Source: Candidatus Velesiimonas alkalicola (GTDB taxonomy: Bacteria > Omnitrophota > Gorgyraeia > Velesiimonadales > Velesiimonadaceae). Taken from it: 64,000 nt of DNA. Positions within the stretch are counted from its first letter, which is position 1, and each line of letters starts with the position of its first letter. The translations under genes were made by a program, and so were the position numbers. The stretch covers positions 100,817-164,816 of the forward strand of contig NDHX01000001.1 in the NCBI GenBank assembly GCA_013626165.1. The letters run 5' to 3'. This document shows, piece after piece, positions 9,997 through 18,930 of the stretch. The notes under the pieces are model-generated. The model did no database searches. It was not told the origin of the DNA and saw nothing but the letters and a program-made list of their open reading frames with translations.

Positions 9997-10139
9997 TGAC
10001 CTTTGCATAAATAATGGTAAATATAAATAGGGTCAACTCTATTTTCTCTAAAAAACCAATGTAGTATTATTAAAAAAAGAAAATAGAGTTGACCCTATTT
10101 ATCCCTGAAGATATTTTTCCATTATTTATGCAAAGGTCA
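9997..10139. mobile_element. MITE-like element with 21-bp terminal inverted repeats and an inner 25-bp inverted repeat
   Basis: TGACCTTTGCATAAATAATGG / CCATTATTTATGCAAAGGTCA; inner ATAAATAGGGTCAACTCTATTTTCT / AGAAAATAGAGTTGACCCTATTTAT. Confidence 0.7.
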
Positions 10140-10220
10140 ATAATGAAAAAAGTATAGCAGATATACTGGTAAAAGGAGAGGTTAAGGATATTGTTGAAAT
10201 CTTTATATTTTGCATTTGTT

Positions 10221-10724
10221 TTATTTCCAGACTCTTTCTTCCACCTTCTCTTTTATAATCTTTTCACAAGGATATATATCAATTATTATTTCATCGGGTT
10301 TAAACCAGAGTTTTATTTCTCTTCCGGCGTCCTGTTTATTGCTTGAGGTGTGTAACACATTTTCATAAACCCCTTTTGTTGTTATTCTGCCGTACTGGCC
10401 TCTGATTGACACTGAATCTGCTTCTTCAGGGTTTGTTGCGCCTGCAACTTCTTTTACCTTTTTAATGGCATCTTCTCCCCAGTATACCAGAGCAAGAATC
10501 TTTTTCCTGTTGTGTAACTCTCCCATAATGTAACTTATCAATTCTTCAAAAAAGGGCCTGTCTTTAAGATGCTGATAGTGAATCTCGGCAAGCTGACGGG
10601 AGACCCTGGCAACCTTTGCCCCTATTATCTCCAACCTTGTTTCAGAAAGCCGCGTAAGTACATTACCCGTAAGAGATTTTTTAAGTCCATCTGGTTTTAT
10701 AATCACAAGTGTTTGTTGTTTCAT
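10221..10724 (-). CDS. ndk: Nucleoside diphosphate kinase
   Basis: TLVIIKPDG, HYQHLKDRPFF, GATNPEEA, SIRGQYG, NVLHTS. Confidence 0.95.
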   Translation of the reverse strand: MKQQTLVIIKPDGLKKSLTGNVLTRLSETRLEIIGAKVARVSRQLAEIHYQHLKDRPFFEELISYIMGELHNRKKILALVYWGEDAIKKVKEVAGATNPEEADSVSIRGQYGRITTKGVYENVLHTSSNKQDAGREIKLWFKPDEIIIDIYPCEKIIKEKVEERVWK

Positions 10725-10737
10725 ATTATTTTATATT

Positions 10738-10926
10738 TCACCCTTCAACTGTTATGGCACTTACAGGACAGTCTTCAGCCGCCTGTTTGCAACACTCCTG
10801 AAAATCTTCAGGTATACTTGAGGATATTGCAACCGCAACATCATCAGTCATTGAGAAAACATCGGGGCAGGCATCTGCACAAAGCCCGCATCCTGTGCAT
10901 GTATCTTTGTCAACCATTACTCTCAC
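10738..10926 (-). CDS. Ferredoxin (single cluster)
   Basis: CTGCGLCADACPDVF...CPVSAITVE; GTG start after GGAGG. Confidence 0.92.
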   Translation of the reverse strand: MRVMVDKDTCTGCGLCADACPDVFSMTDDVAVAISSSIPEDFQECCKQAAEDCPVSAITVEG

Positions 10927-11135
10927 TTTTCCTCCTTTTTCATTTTTTGTTTTTCTTTTTTCCAATGCGGATAGTATTTTTCTATCCAGTCAATTGTTGC
11001 TTTATAGATACCTATATCATAGCCCAATTTTTCACTTTCTATCCATTTGTGTTTTAGTATTTCCTGCCTGAGAGAATTTGTTTGCTTATACAGTGCAAGC
11101 ATTTTAATTCTGTTTTCTTGTTTTGCTGATGGCAT
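10923..11135 (-). CDS. DUF4032-like small protein
   Basis: EILKHKWIESEKLGYDIG..A..DW motif. Confidence 0.7.
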   Translation of the reverse strand: MPSAKQENRIKMLALYKQTNSLRQEILKHKWIESEKLGYDIGIYKATIDWIEKYYPHWKKEKQKMKKEEK

Positions 11136-11141
11136 ATTATT

Positions 11142-11507
11142 TTACTCCATGAATGTCCAGGGCTCTTTATACACACCTGCTCCTGACCATATTCTGTCAA
11201 GCGAATAAAGCATCCTTGTTTCTTGAATAAATATATGGATTATAATATCGTTATAATCCATTACCACCCACTTCCCATCCCCTTTGCCTTCTATGTTTCT
11301 GACCTTATATCCTTTTGTGCCCGCTTCTTTATTTATGAGTTCTGCAAGGGATTGGCTATGTTTTATATTTTGCGATGTTGCAATTAAAAACCAATCGGTA
11401 AAACCGTTATATTTTCTCAAATCAAGCAGCATCATATTTTCTGCTTTTTTTCCAAGAAGAATATCTATAAATATTTTTACCTTTTTCGGAAAAAATCTTC
11501 CGGTCAT
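11142..11507 (-). CDS. rsfS: Ribosome silencing factor RsfS (Iojap)
   Basis: KKAENMMLLDL, TDWFLIAT, WVVMDYNDIIIHIF, YSLDRIW. Confidence 0.92.
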   Translation of the reverse strand: MTGRFFPKKVKIFIDILLGKKAENMMLLDLRKYNGFTDWFLIATSQNIKHSQSLAELINKEAGTKGYKVRNIEGKGDGKWVVMDYNDIIIHIFIQETRMLYSLDRIWSGAGVYKEPWTFME

Positions 11508-11656
11508 TTTGTTTTTAAAATTCTAAACATAGATGTGCCGCAGTCCTTGCATTTACCCTTTAATGCAATTCTGCCATTCTTTAATGTAACCTGTTCTTCA
11601 TCTTTCATCTGACCTTTTTTCTTACATTTTACACAATACGCTTCTATGTTTTCCAT
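11504..11656 (-). CDS. DUF5679-like zinc-ribbon protein
   Basis: AYCVKCK...LKNGRIALKGKCKDCGTSMFRI; RBS GGAGG. Confidence 0.8.
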   Translation of the reverse strand: MENIEAYCVKCKKKGQMKDEEQVTLKNGRIALKGKCKDCGTSMFRILKTK

Positions 11657-11715
11657 ACTGACCTCCTGAAATGTGAACCGAAGTATCATAACTAATATAC
11701 TGTGTCAATACCCTC

Positions 11716-12048
11716 TTATGTCAATCCACCTTTTTTCCTTATCTCACCCTTGCCAAGTGGTTTTTGTAGACGCACTTTCTTATCCAGTTCTTCCGCTGGT
11801 GTTCCGGGAATTATTATTTCTCCATATCTTATGGTTGTTATTGGAATAAGAAGTGACTGGTTTTCTGTGCCAATAGGTCTTTCTATGGTTCCTCCTTTTT
11901 CATCTATCATCTGTTGGTACAGTCTTCCATCAACCCTTAACATATAAGGAGATTCATCAGTAATGGTCCCCCTTACAATAATAACAGCACCTTCAAAATC
12001 GGATGTTGTTCTCCATAACACTAACCTTACCCTTTGTTCTAATAACAT
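11716..12048 (-). CDS. Hypothetical beta-rich protein
   Basis: 110-aa ORF overlapping the pdxJ stop, with RBS. Confidence 0.65.
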   Translation of the reverse strand: MLLEQRVRLVLWRTTSDFEGAVIIVRGTITDESPYMLRVDGRLYQQMIDEKGGTIERPIGTENQSLLIPITTIRYGEIIIPGTPAEELDKKVRLQKPLGKGEIRKKGGLT

Positions 12049-12752
12049 ATTGCCTCTTTCATTTCCCTTACAGCATTTTCTATCCCAACAAATACTGCGC
12101 GGGAGATTATTGAATGTCCTATGTGAAGTTCCTGAATACCTTTTATAAATGCAATCCTTTTAACATTATAGTATGTAAGTCCGTGTCCTGCATTTACACA
12201 AAGCCCCGTTTCCAATCCCTGATTAACCGCTTTTTCAATGGTAATTGCTTCTTTTTTAGCCTCTTCACCCTTAGCATTTGCATACTTTCCTGTGTGTATT
12301 TCAATAAAATCGGCGCCAGATTTTTTTGCGTATTCTATCTGTATAGGGTCTGGGTCTATAAATAGACTAACAGCGATACCTTTGTTTTTGAGTATTTTAA
12401 TAGATTCCTCTAAACTTGAAAATTCGGTAACAACATTTAATCCACCCTCTGTTGTTATCTCCTGTCTTTTTTCAGGAACAAGGGTTGCCTGTTCGGGTTT
12501 AATTTCACAAGCAATCTCCATAATATCCTTTGATAGAGACATCTCAAGATTGAACTTAACTGGAACAATTTCTCTGATAATCCTTACATCTCTATCTTGT
12601 ATATGCCTTCTGTCTTCTCTTAAATGAACAGTAATAACATCAGCCCCGCCAAGCACCGCAAGCATACAGGCAAAAACAGGGTCTGGTTCAAATGTCTTTC
12701 TTGCTTGACGAATCGTTGCAATATGGTCAATATTTACACCGAGTTTTGGCAT
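12039..12752 (-). CDS. pdxJ: Pyridoxine 5'-phosphate synthase
   Basis: [52 protein letters not shown]; ATG after GGAGG. Confidence 0.97.
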   Translation of the reverse strand: MPKLGVNIDHIATIRQARKTFEPDPVFACMLAVLGGADVITVHLREDRRHIQDRDVRIIREIVPVKFNLEMSLSKDIMEIACEIKPEQATLVPEKRQEITTEGGLNVVTEFSSLEESIKILKNKGIAVSLFIDPDPIQIEYAKKSGADFIEIHTGKYANAKGEEAKKEAITIEKAVNQGLETGLCVNAGHGLTYYNVKRIAFIKGIQELHIGHSIISRAVFVGIENAVREMKEAICY

Positions 12753-12810
12753 AAATCCTCCGTCCTTATAATATCTTGAAGCAGTGTAACATTTTGATAT
12801 TCCCATATTA

Positions 12811-12839
12811 AGGATACTACTAAATCTAAATTTTGTCAA
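12811..12839 (-). promoter_or_regulatory. Sigma70-type promoter for the pdxJ operon
   Basis: TTGACA-17-TATCCT on the minus strand. Confidence 0.6.
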
Positions 12840-12869
12840 GAGCCTGTGAACATAACGAAAACTAAAAAT

Positions 12870-12898
12870 TTGACACGGTATTAAAATTTCAGTATAAT
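12870..12898 (+). promoter_or_regulatory. Consensus sigma70 promoter
   Basis: TTGACA-17-TATAAT. Confidence 0.7.
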
Positions 12899-12995
12899 TA
12901 TAACATAAGTATTCAAACAAATTTTATTAATTTTTTAAACAAGAAAGAATTTACAGAGCCATGGTGGTAAACAGAAACAAGCGGCCATTTTTCTC

Positions 12996-13024
12996 TTGAC
13001 GGATTCTTAATTATATGCTAATAT
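12996..13024 (+). promoter_or_regulatory. Second sigma70 promoter with extended -10
   Basis: TTGACG-17-TAATAT with TGn. Confidence 0.6.
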
Positions 13025-13316
13025 CCACATATTACTTGAGTCTGTCTCTGAGTATACCCTGTTGTATCGGAATTTCAATAAATTCCTATACAAAAGTCAG
13101 GGAGGTCTAAAGGGGAATAATCTGATTTCCCCGGGAGGCAGGAACTTTTTTCTTAAAACTAGGGATAAGAAAAAAGTTTTGTTAGAGGTGTTTTATGGCA
13201 CTTAAACAAAACGGGGTTAGTTTATGAAGGCAGGCTCCTGTGCCTGCTACAGGCAGGAAATAACAAATGTAAAACAACCGAAATAGAACAAAATTTATAA
13301 AAGAGAAGGCTAAAAA

Positions 13317-15437
13317 ATGGTAAAAAAAATAGGAATACCAAGGGCATTGCTTTATTATAAGTATTATCCTTTCTGGAAGACATTCTTGGAAGAATTAAGA
13401 TGTGAGGTAATTACATCTACACATACCACTCAAAAAATTTTACAAAGAGGAGTTAAATGCAGCATGGATGAATCCTGCCTGGCGCTTAAGGTCTTTTGTG
13501 GCCATGTGTTGGATTTAATTGATAAAGGAGTGGATTATCTATTCATCCCCAGAATAGAGAGTGTAGAGAGGAAGCATTTTGTCTGCACCAAATTTTTAGG
13601 GCTTCCGGATATAGTAAGAAATTCCATAAAAAAGACCCCACCTATTTTAAGCCCAAATATTGATTTTAACCGAAGATTTCCATACCAGTCAATGTTTAGT
13701 GCAGGATGGAGGCTTACCAAAAATCCTTTTAGGATTCACACCGCTTATTGGCGGGCAAGAAAAAAAGAACAAAACTTTGAAAGGACGCTTAAAACTGCAA
13801 CTTCGGTTTCTGAGGTGATGGAACTTATAGAAACAGGCCAGATCAGAAAAGTCAACACACAAACACATCCTGTTTCTAAGGGGGTGAATATCGCCGTCAT
13901 AGGTCATCCATATAATGTCTATGATGACCTTGTCAATCTTGGAATTATAAAAAAATTAGAGAAAAAAGGAGTAAATGTCCTCACCCAGGAGATGGTGCCT
14001 CAGGAGGTAAGTTTTAGGGCAGCCTCCAGGGTTTCAAAAGATATTTACTGGACATATCAAAAAGAAATCTTTGGGGCAAGCCTACACTTTGTAGAGAAGG
14101 GAGTAGATGGCATCATTTTTATCATTTCATTTCCCTGTGGCCCAGATTCGCTCACTATAGAGTACGCCATCAGGCAGATCAAGAATTCTGTTCCAATCCT
14201 TTCTTTAGTGATAGATGAACACCAGACTGATACAGGAATTATGACAAGACTTGAGTCTTTCATAGATTTGATAAAAATGGGAAAAGAAAAGACAACCCCC
14301 GTTAGAAAAAACTTCTCTGATGGCGCTTCTCTGCCTGTGCCACATCTGACACAGCAGACAGGTAATGGCAAAAGTGGACTTAAGATTACATTTCCTCATA
14401 TGGGGGATTACTATGTTTGCTTTAAGAGTCTCTTTGGGACCTTAGGTCATGAGGTGGTTGTTCCTCCGCCCATAACCAAAAGAACCATAGAACTGGGCTG
14501 TAAACATTCTCCCGAGTTTGTATGTTTTCCATTTAAGATCACATTAGGTTGTCTGATTGAGGGGTTAGAACAGGGTGCAGATATTCTTTTGCAGTCAGGA
14601 AGTAAAGGGTCCTGTCGGTATGGTGAGTATAAACCCGTACAGGAGCAAATATTGAAAGACTTAGGCTATAAGTTCAGGTTTATGAGGTTTAGCAGTTTTG
14701 GAGATTTTAAAGCAATAAATAAAAATGTCACAAATTTACAGATCTTGCAAAGGATAAGAATTGCCTGGGCAAAGTTAAGGGCTATAGAAAAGTTTGAAAG
14801 TGAAGTTTGGAGATTAAGTGCCTGCGAGGTAAATATTGGCGAAACCAGAAGACTGTATCAAAAATTTTTGAATTCCTGCGACCAGGCTAATACAAAAGAT
14901 CAGGTAAAGAGAGTTGAAAAAGAGTACTCGGAAAGATTTAATCAGATCAAAACAGTTCCCGGGTTCAGGCCAATTAAAGTAGGCATTATTGGTGAGATAT
15001 ACATAGTTATAGAGCCATATAGCAACTTAGATATAGAAAAAGAGTTAGGTCAGATGCGGGTTGAGGTGGTCAGGCCGCTCTGTTTAGGCCAGACTGTAAA
15101 AGAAATGCTATGCCTGTCACTTAAAAAGACTACCTTTCAAAGAATATCACGATCTTATTTGCAATATAATTCTGGTGCCCATGCCAACGCATCAGTAGCA
15201 GAAACTATTATCTTTGCTCATGAGGGTTTGGATGGTGCAATTCATATAAAACCCCACGCCTGTATGCCCGAGGTTACCGCCATGGGCGCTCTTCATAGAG
15301 TAAGTAAAGATTACAATATCCCGATATTGTTTTTTTCTTTTGATGAGAATGCAACCTCTGTTGGAGTAAGAACACGCCTGGAGGCATTTGTGGAATTACT
15401 TAAAAGAAAGAGGGAAAGAAAATGTATCTTGGCATAG
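13317..15437 (+). CDS. Fused CoA-activase-associated protein (DUF2229-like plus 2-hydroxyacyl-CoA dehydratase-like domains)
   Basis: KIGIPRALLYY, CLALKVFCGHV, CTKFLGLPD, FPCGPDS, TRLESFID; second half ITFPHMG, SPEFVCFPFK, GSCRYGEY, CMPEV, TRLEAFVELL. Confidence 0.85.
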   Translation: MVKKIGIPRALLYYKYYPFWKTFLEELRCEVITSTHTTQKILQRGVKCSMDESCLALKVFCGHVLDLIDKGVDYLFIPRIESVERKHFVCTKFLGLPDIVRNSIKKTPPILSPNIDFNRRFPYQSMFSAGWRLTKNPFRIHTAYWRARKKEQNFERTLKTATSVSEVMELIETGQIRKVNTQTHPVSKGVNIAVIGHPYNVYDDLVNLGIIKKLEKKGVNVLTQEMVPQEVSFRAASRVSKDIYWTYQKEIFGASLHFVEKGVDGIIFIISFPCGPDSLTIEYAIRQIKNSVPILSLVIDEHQTDTGIMTRLESFIDLIKMGKEKTTPVRKNFSDGASLPVPHLTQQTGNGKSGLKITFPHMGDYYVCFKSLFGTLGHEVVVPPPITKRTIELGCKHSPEFVCFPFKITLGCLIEGLEQGADILLQSGSKGSCRYGEYKPVQEQILKDLGYKFRFMRFSSFGDFKAINKNVTNLQILQRIRIAWAKLRAIEKFESEVWRLSACEVNIGETRRLYQKFLNSCDQANTKDQVKRVEKEYSERFNQIKTVPGFRPIKVGIIGEIYIVIEPYSNLDIEKELGQMRVEVVRPLCLGQTVKEMLCLSLKKTTFQRISRSYLQYNSGAHANASVAETIIFAHEGLDGAIHIKPHACMPEVTAMGALHRVSKDYNIPILFFSFDENATSVGVRTRLEAFVELLKRKRERKCILA

Positions 15438-16414
15438 ATGTTGGGTCAGTAAGCACAAAACTTGTTGTCATTGACAAGGATAGAAATGTTCTAGATGCTC
15501 TTTACATCTCCACAGGAGGAAATCCTATCCTGGCAGTAAAAAGAGGGTTAAAGACAATCCAGCAGAGACTGACAAATCCAGAAAAGATAAAAAGCGTAGG
15601 AACAACAGGCAGCGCCCGTCATCTTATCAGTATTTTAGTTAATGCCTGTGTTGTAAAAAATGAGATTATTGCCCACGCATTAGGAACCTTACACTTTATA
15701 GCAGGGGTTAGAACCATCATTGAAATAGGCGGACAGGATTCTAAAATTATAATTATAAGAGACGGTATTCCCGTAGATTTTAGTATGAATACGATATGTG
15801 CTGCCGGGACAGGCTCGTTTTTGGACCACCAGGCTACGCGCCTTGGAATTCCTGTTGAGGAATTTGGCGATTATGCCCTGAGAGCAAAAGTAAAAGTTGG
15901 TATTGCTGGAAGATGTACAGTATTTGCTGAATCAGATATGATTCACAAACAACAACTCGGATTCAGTAATGAGGATATTATCAACGGACTGTGCGAGTCT
16001 ATTGTCCGAAATTATCTGAATAATGTGGGCAAGGGAAAGGAGATTTTATCCCCTATAATATTCCAGGGCGGAGTAGCAGCAAACAAAGGCGTGGTTAGAG
16101 CTTTCCAGAAGGAGTTAGAAACAGAGGTAATTGTACCTGAGTATTACAATGTAATGGGCGCCATAGGTGCAGCTATCCTGGCTATGGAAGAGACTGAGAA
16201 GAGCGGGTGCCAGACTGATTTTGATTTTAATATTGCTGATATTGATTTCAGGACCAGATCGTTTGAGTGTAGTGGATGCCCAAATTATTGTGAAGTAATA
16301 GAGGTATTAAAAGCACATATAGTTGTCCACAGAGCCGGTTCACGATGTGGAAAATGGGAGGTTCAAGATGCAGAGGAAAGACTTGTCAAGTCGGGGGTGT
16401 ATGACAACAAATAA
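15422..16414 (+). CDS. Acyl-CoA dehydratase activase (BadF/BadG/BcrA/BcrD ATPase)
   Basis: YLGIDVGSVSTK, IEIGGQDSK, MNTICAAGTGSFLD, IAGRCTVFAESD, FQGGVAAN, CSGCPNYC. Confidence 0.92.
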   Translation: MYLGIDVGSVSTKLVVIDKDRNVLDALYISTGGNPILAVKRGLKTIQQRLTNPEKIKSVGTTGSARHLISILVNACVVKNEIIAHALGTLHFIAGVRTIIEIGGQDSKIIIIRDGIPVDFSMNTICAAGTGSFLDHQATRLGIPVEEFGDYALRAKVKVGIAGRCTVFAESDMIHKQQLGFSNEDIINGLCESIVRNYLNNVGKGKEILSPIIFQGGVAANKGVVRAFQKELETEVIVPEYYNVMGAIGAAILAMEETEKSGCQTDFDFNIADIDFRTRSFECSGCPNYCEVIEVLKAHIVVHRAGSRCGKWEVQDAEERLVKSGVYDNK

Positions 16415-16501
16415 GTATAATTGTGTCTTCGAGGGGAATCCTTTTATTGTGTGCTATCATTGCAGGGCTGAATAATTACGAAAATTTAAGAAGGATAAAA
16501 T

Positions 16502-16693
16502 ATGGGAAAATTTCAAGAAAGGTATATTGTAGACGAAAAGGGACAAAAGACGGCGGTAGTTCTTCCGGTTGAAGAGTATGAGGAACTCTTAGAGGATCTC
16601 CACGATCTCGCAATCACCGCTGAACGTCGGGATGAGCCTACAATAGCTTTCGAAGAACTTAAGAAACGGTTGAAAGAAAATGGCTTTTTATGA
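16502..16693 (+). CDS. Type II antitoxin (RelE partner)
   Basis: YIVDEKGQKTAVVLPVEEYEELLEDLHDL; overlaps the toxin start. Confidence 0.85.
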   Translation: MGKFQERYIVDEKGQKTAVVLPVEEYEELLEDLHDLAITAERRDEPTIAFEELKKRLKENGFL

Positions 16694-16943
16694 GATTCAA
16701 TGGAAGAGATCAGCCGAACGAGACTTACGGAATATCGACCCACAACAAACTCCTCGAATTATCAAGGCTGTCGAATCCCTTACAGATGATCCATTTCCGC
16801 TACAACACCGTAAACTTCGAGGCTCAGAACGAGATTATCGGATCCGAGTTGGGGATTACAGGGTGATCTGCCAAGTGGATACCAAAACGAAAATTGTGAT
16901 CATTTATCATGTCCGTCATCGTAGAGAAGCATATCGCAAGTAA
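16680..16943 (+). CDS. RelE/ParE-family toxin
   Basis: YEIQWKRSAERDL...DDPFP..RKLRG...YRIRVGDYRVI...VRHRREAY. Confidence 0.9.
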   Translation: MAFYEIQWKRSAERDLRNIDPQQTPRIIKAVESLTDDPFPLQHRKLRGSERDYRIRVGDYRVICQVDTKTKIVIIYHVRHRREAYRK

Positions 16944-16961
16944 TAAGACCATTGACCGACT

Positions 16962-17047
16962 TCGCCTAACAGAGCGTATCTGGTTCGGGCTAATGCCCTC
17001 ACCAAATTGCTTTCGGCTGCTTCGGATACGTTCGGGACGTTAGGCGA
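16962..17047 (+). mobile_element. Integron attC recombination site
   Basis: R'' GCCTAAC (16964-16970), R' GTTAGGC (17039-17045), inner arms GAGCGTATCTG / CGGATACGTTC, just after the toxin stop. Confidence 0.8.
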
Positions 17048-17338
17048 CATTCGTTGTCTCTTTACTCAAGTTTGAAAAATGTCCGAAAAAGATTTAATGG
17101 TATTTGAAAAGAGAGTTAAAAACTGGGAACTTGCACATCCCAGGCAGTGGATAGATACCTAATAAAAATATCAGAATCAATCAGAGGCAAGAAAGGAGGT
17201 GATGGAGAAAAATGTGGCTTCTGTCTGTGGGATTCTGTTGAAATAGAAGATGGAAATAAAAAACTTCTGAAGTTTTTTACTTTTGTAACCGCATCTTGGG
17301 GTTGGGACAAAAAACTTCAACCAAATTGGAGGTGTAGA

Positions 17339-18190
17339 TTGAAAAGATTAGTTCTTTTAAGTTTAGCAACCCTTCTGTGTCTGCCTTTGGCAGTCTATGC
17401 GATAGGTATAGGCGGGGTAGAAACACAGGGAGAAGGAAAAGTTGGCATCGGCGTTGTTCAAGAATTTGTCTTTGAAAGGGATCTGGAAGACAAAAGCGTA
17501 GAGCTAAGAGTAACGACCCCTGGTGGTCTTGCTCCTGCAACCGGCACAACAAGAAGCAAAGTTGACGAAATGAGTCGCACAATGCTAAAAACAAGCTATG
17601 GACTGACCGATAATGTAGATATGTATATAAAGTTGGGCGTTGCCAGTTTTGATTCTGAACACAGAGGTAGTGGAACCTGGCGGCTTGGTGCTGCCACTGG
17701 CACATGGGTTGAGTCCGTAAAACTTGAAGGTGACGATACTCTTGCCTATGGCATTGGTATGAAAGTTACACAACCTTTGGAAAACGGCTGGCTTGTGGGT
17801 CTTAATGTTCAACATTTAAGACACGATCACGATACAAGAAGAACCGGGTCGCAAAGAGCATACAATGCTGCTGGAGTTTTAGTTTTTTCAGAAACATTTA
17901 CTCCCCGAAAAGGGGAAATGAGAATTCAGGAAACACAAGTTGCGCCATATATTGCCAAGGAACTGGGTATGGGTGGTAGTTTTATACCTTATTTTGGCGT
18001 AGTGTACTCAGAGTTAAGAGGAAGATATAAAGAAAATGGAATAAGAGAGAGACATAAAGCCGATGACAACTTTGGTGTATTCTTGGGTGCAGATTACAAA
18101 ATTGGCCTGGATACATTACTCAATGTTGAAGCCAGACTTATAGATCTAGATCAAACAGCATTGAGTCTTGGTGCCACTCACAAATTCTAA
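17339..18190 (+). CDS. Outer-membrane beta-barrel protein
   Basis: TTG start after GGAGG, signal peptide ending AVYA, amphipathic strands, C-terminal LSLGATHKF. Confidence 0.8.
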   Translation: MKRLVLLSLATLLCLPLAVYAIGIGGVETQGEGKVGIGVVQEFVFERDLEDKSVELRVTTPGGLAPATGTTRSKVDEMSRTMLKTSYGLTDNVDMYIKLGVASFDSEHRGSGTWRLGAATGTWVESVKLEGDDTLAYGIGMKVTQPLENGWLVGLNVQHLRHDHDTRRTGSQRAYNAAGVLVFSETFTPRKGEMRIQETQVAPYIAKELGMGGSFIPYFGVVYSELRGRYKENGIRERHKADDNFGVFLGADYKIGLDTLLNVEARLIDLDQTALSLGATHKF

Positions 18191-18223
18191 GCGTCTACTT
18201 ATTTTGTTTTATCTTAGAGCCAG

Positions 18224-18252
18224 AGGCGTCTTGATTCTTCAGGACGCCTTTG
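18224..18252 (+). terminator. Hairpin, probable terminator
   Basis: AGGCGTCTTGA-TTCT-TCAGGACGCCT then TT. Confidence 0.5.
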
Positions 18253-18423
18253 GTGCACTTAAGGTAAGTCTTTTATTGACGGGAAAGAAGCGATGGTGTT
18301 ATTTCAAGTCAAAAAGGCGTGGTAATCCCGGTAAATACTCAGTCAACTTGTGTTGCCTGAAGGCACAGGTGACTGTTCTTGCATTTTTCACAAAATTTTT
18401 ATTATAATCTATACCCATAAATA

Positions 18424-18723
18424 TTATCCTTCAGCAGATCTTATAAATCCTTTTTCATGGTTGGAAAACTTATCTAATTTCTTAATAAGATTTTCCATCA
18501 TTTCCTGTCTTTTGAAAGTTTCTCCGGTTATTATAAGATTTATTGCTACCTTATCTTCTTTATCTAAACCTCTGGTATAATTTATCAGCATCTTGGTAAA
18601 AACATCTATATCTCTGACAGGTTCAGGAAAACGCATTCGTAAAGATGACTCAGAATTTAAAGAAATTAATTTCACTGTCTGCACAAATAATTTTAGTTTT
18701 TTCCTTGAAAGGGTCTGAAGCAA
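18424..18723 (-). CDS. Hypothetical protein (possibly a fragment)
   Basis: 99-aa ORF, no clear RBS or motif. Confidence 0.35.
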   Translation of the reverse strand: MLQTLSRKKLKLFVQTVKLISLNSESSLRMRFPEPVRDIDVFTKMLINYTRGLDKEDKVAINLIITGETFKRQEMMENLIKKLDKFSNHEKGFIRSAEG

Positions 18724-18807
18724 TATATCAATGAATGGTTATTATAGAATCCAAAATATAGATTTACCATAGGTGCACTGTCAAAAAAGTAAGATGCACA
18801 AACATAC

Positions 18808-18842
18808 AACCCCGTTAGAAAGTTGGGTTTTCTAACCGGGTT
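18808..18842. repeat. CCCCGTTAGA-family palindrome
   Basis: AACCCCGTTAGAAA...TTTCTAACCGGGTT; relatives at 2508, 14294, 46874. Confidence 0.75.
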
Positions 18843-18861
18843 ATAAATACAAAAATTTTTC

Positions 18862-18890
18862 TTGACAAAGAATATTTAAAGAGATAGAAT
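18862..18890 (+). promoter_or_regulatory. Sigma70 promoter upstream of the rplM operon
   Basis: TTGACA-17-TAGAAT. Confidence 0.7.
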
Positions 18891-18930
18891 AAATAGTCTG
18901 TCTTTTGTTTTATCTGTGGAGGGAGGATTT

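Noticed and set aside
13046-13062. CTGAGTATACCC as a TPP riboswitch
   Set aside because: The downstream ACCTGAT...TAAT...GCGTAGG elements are missing.
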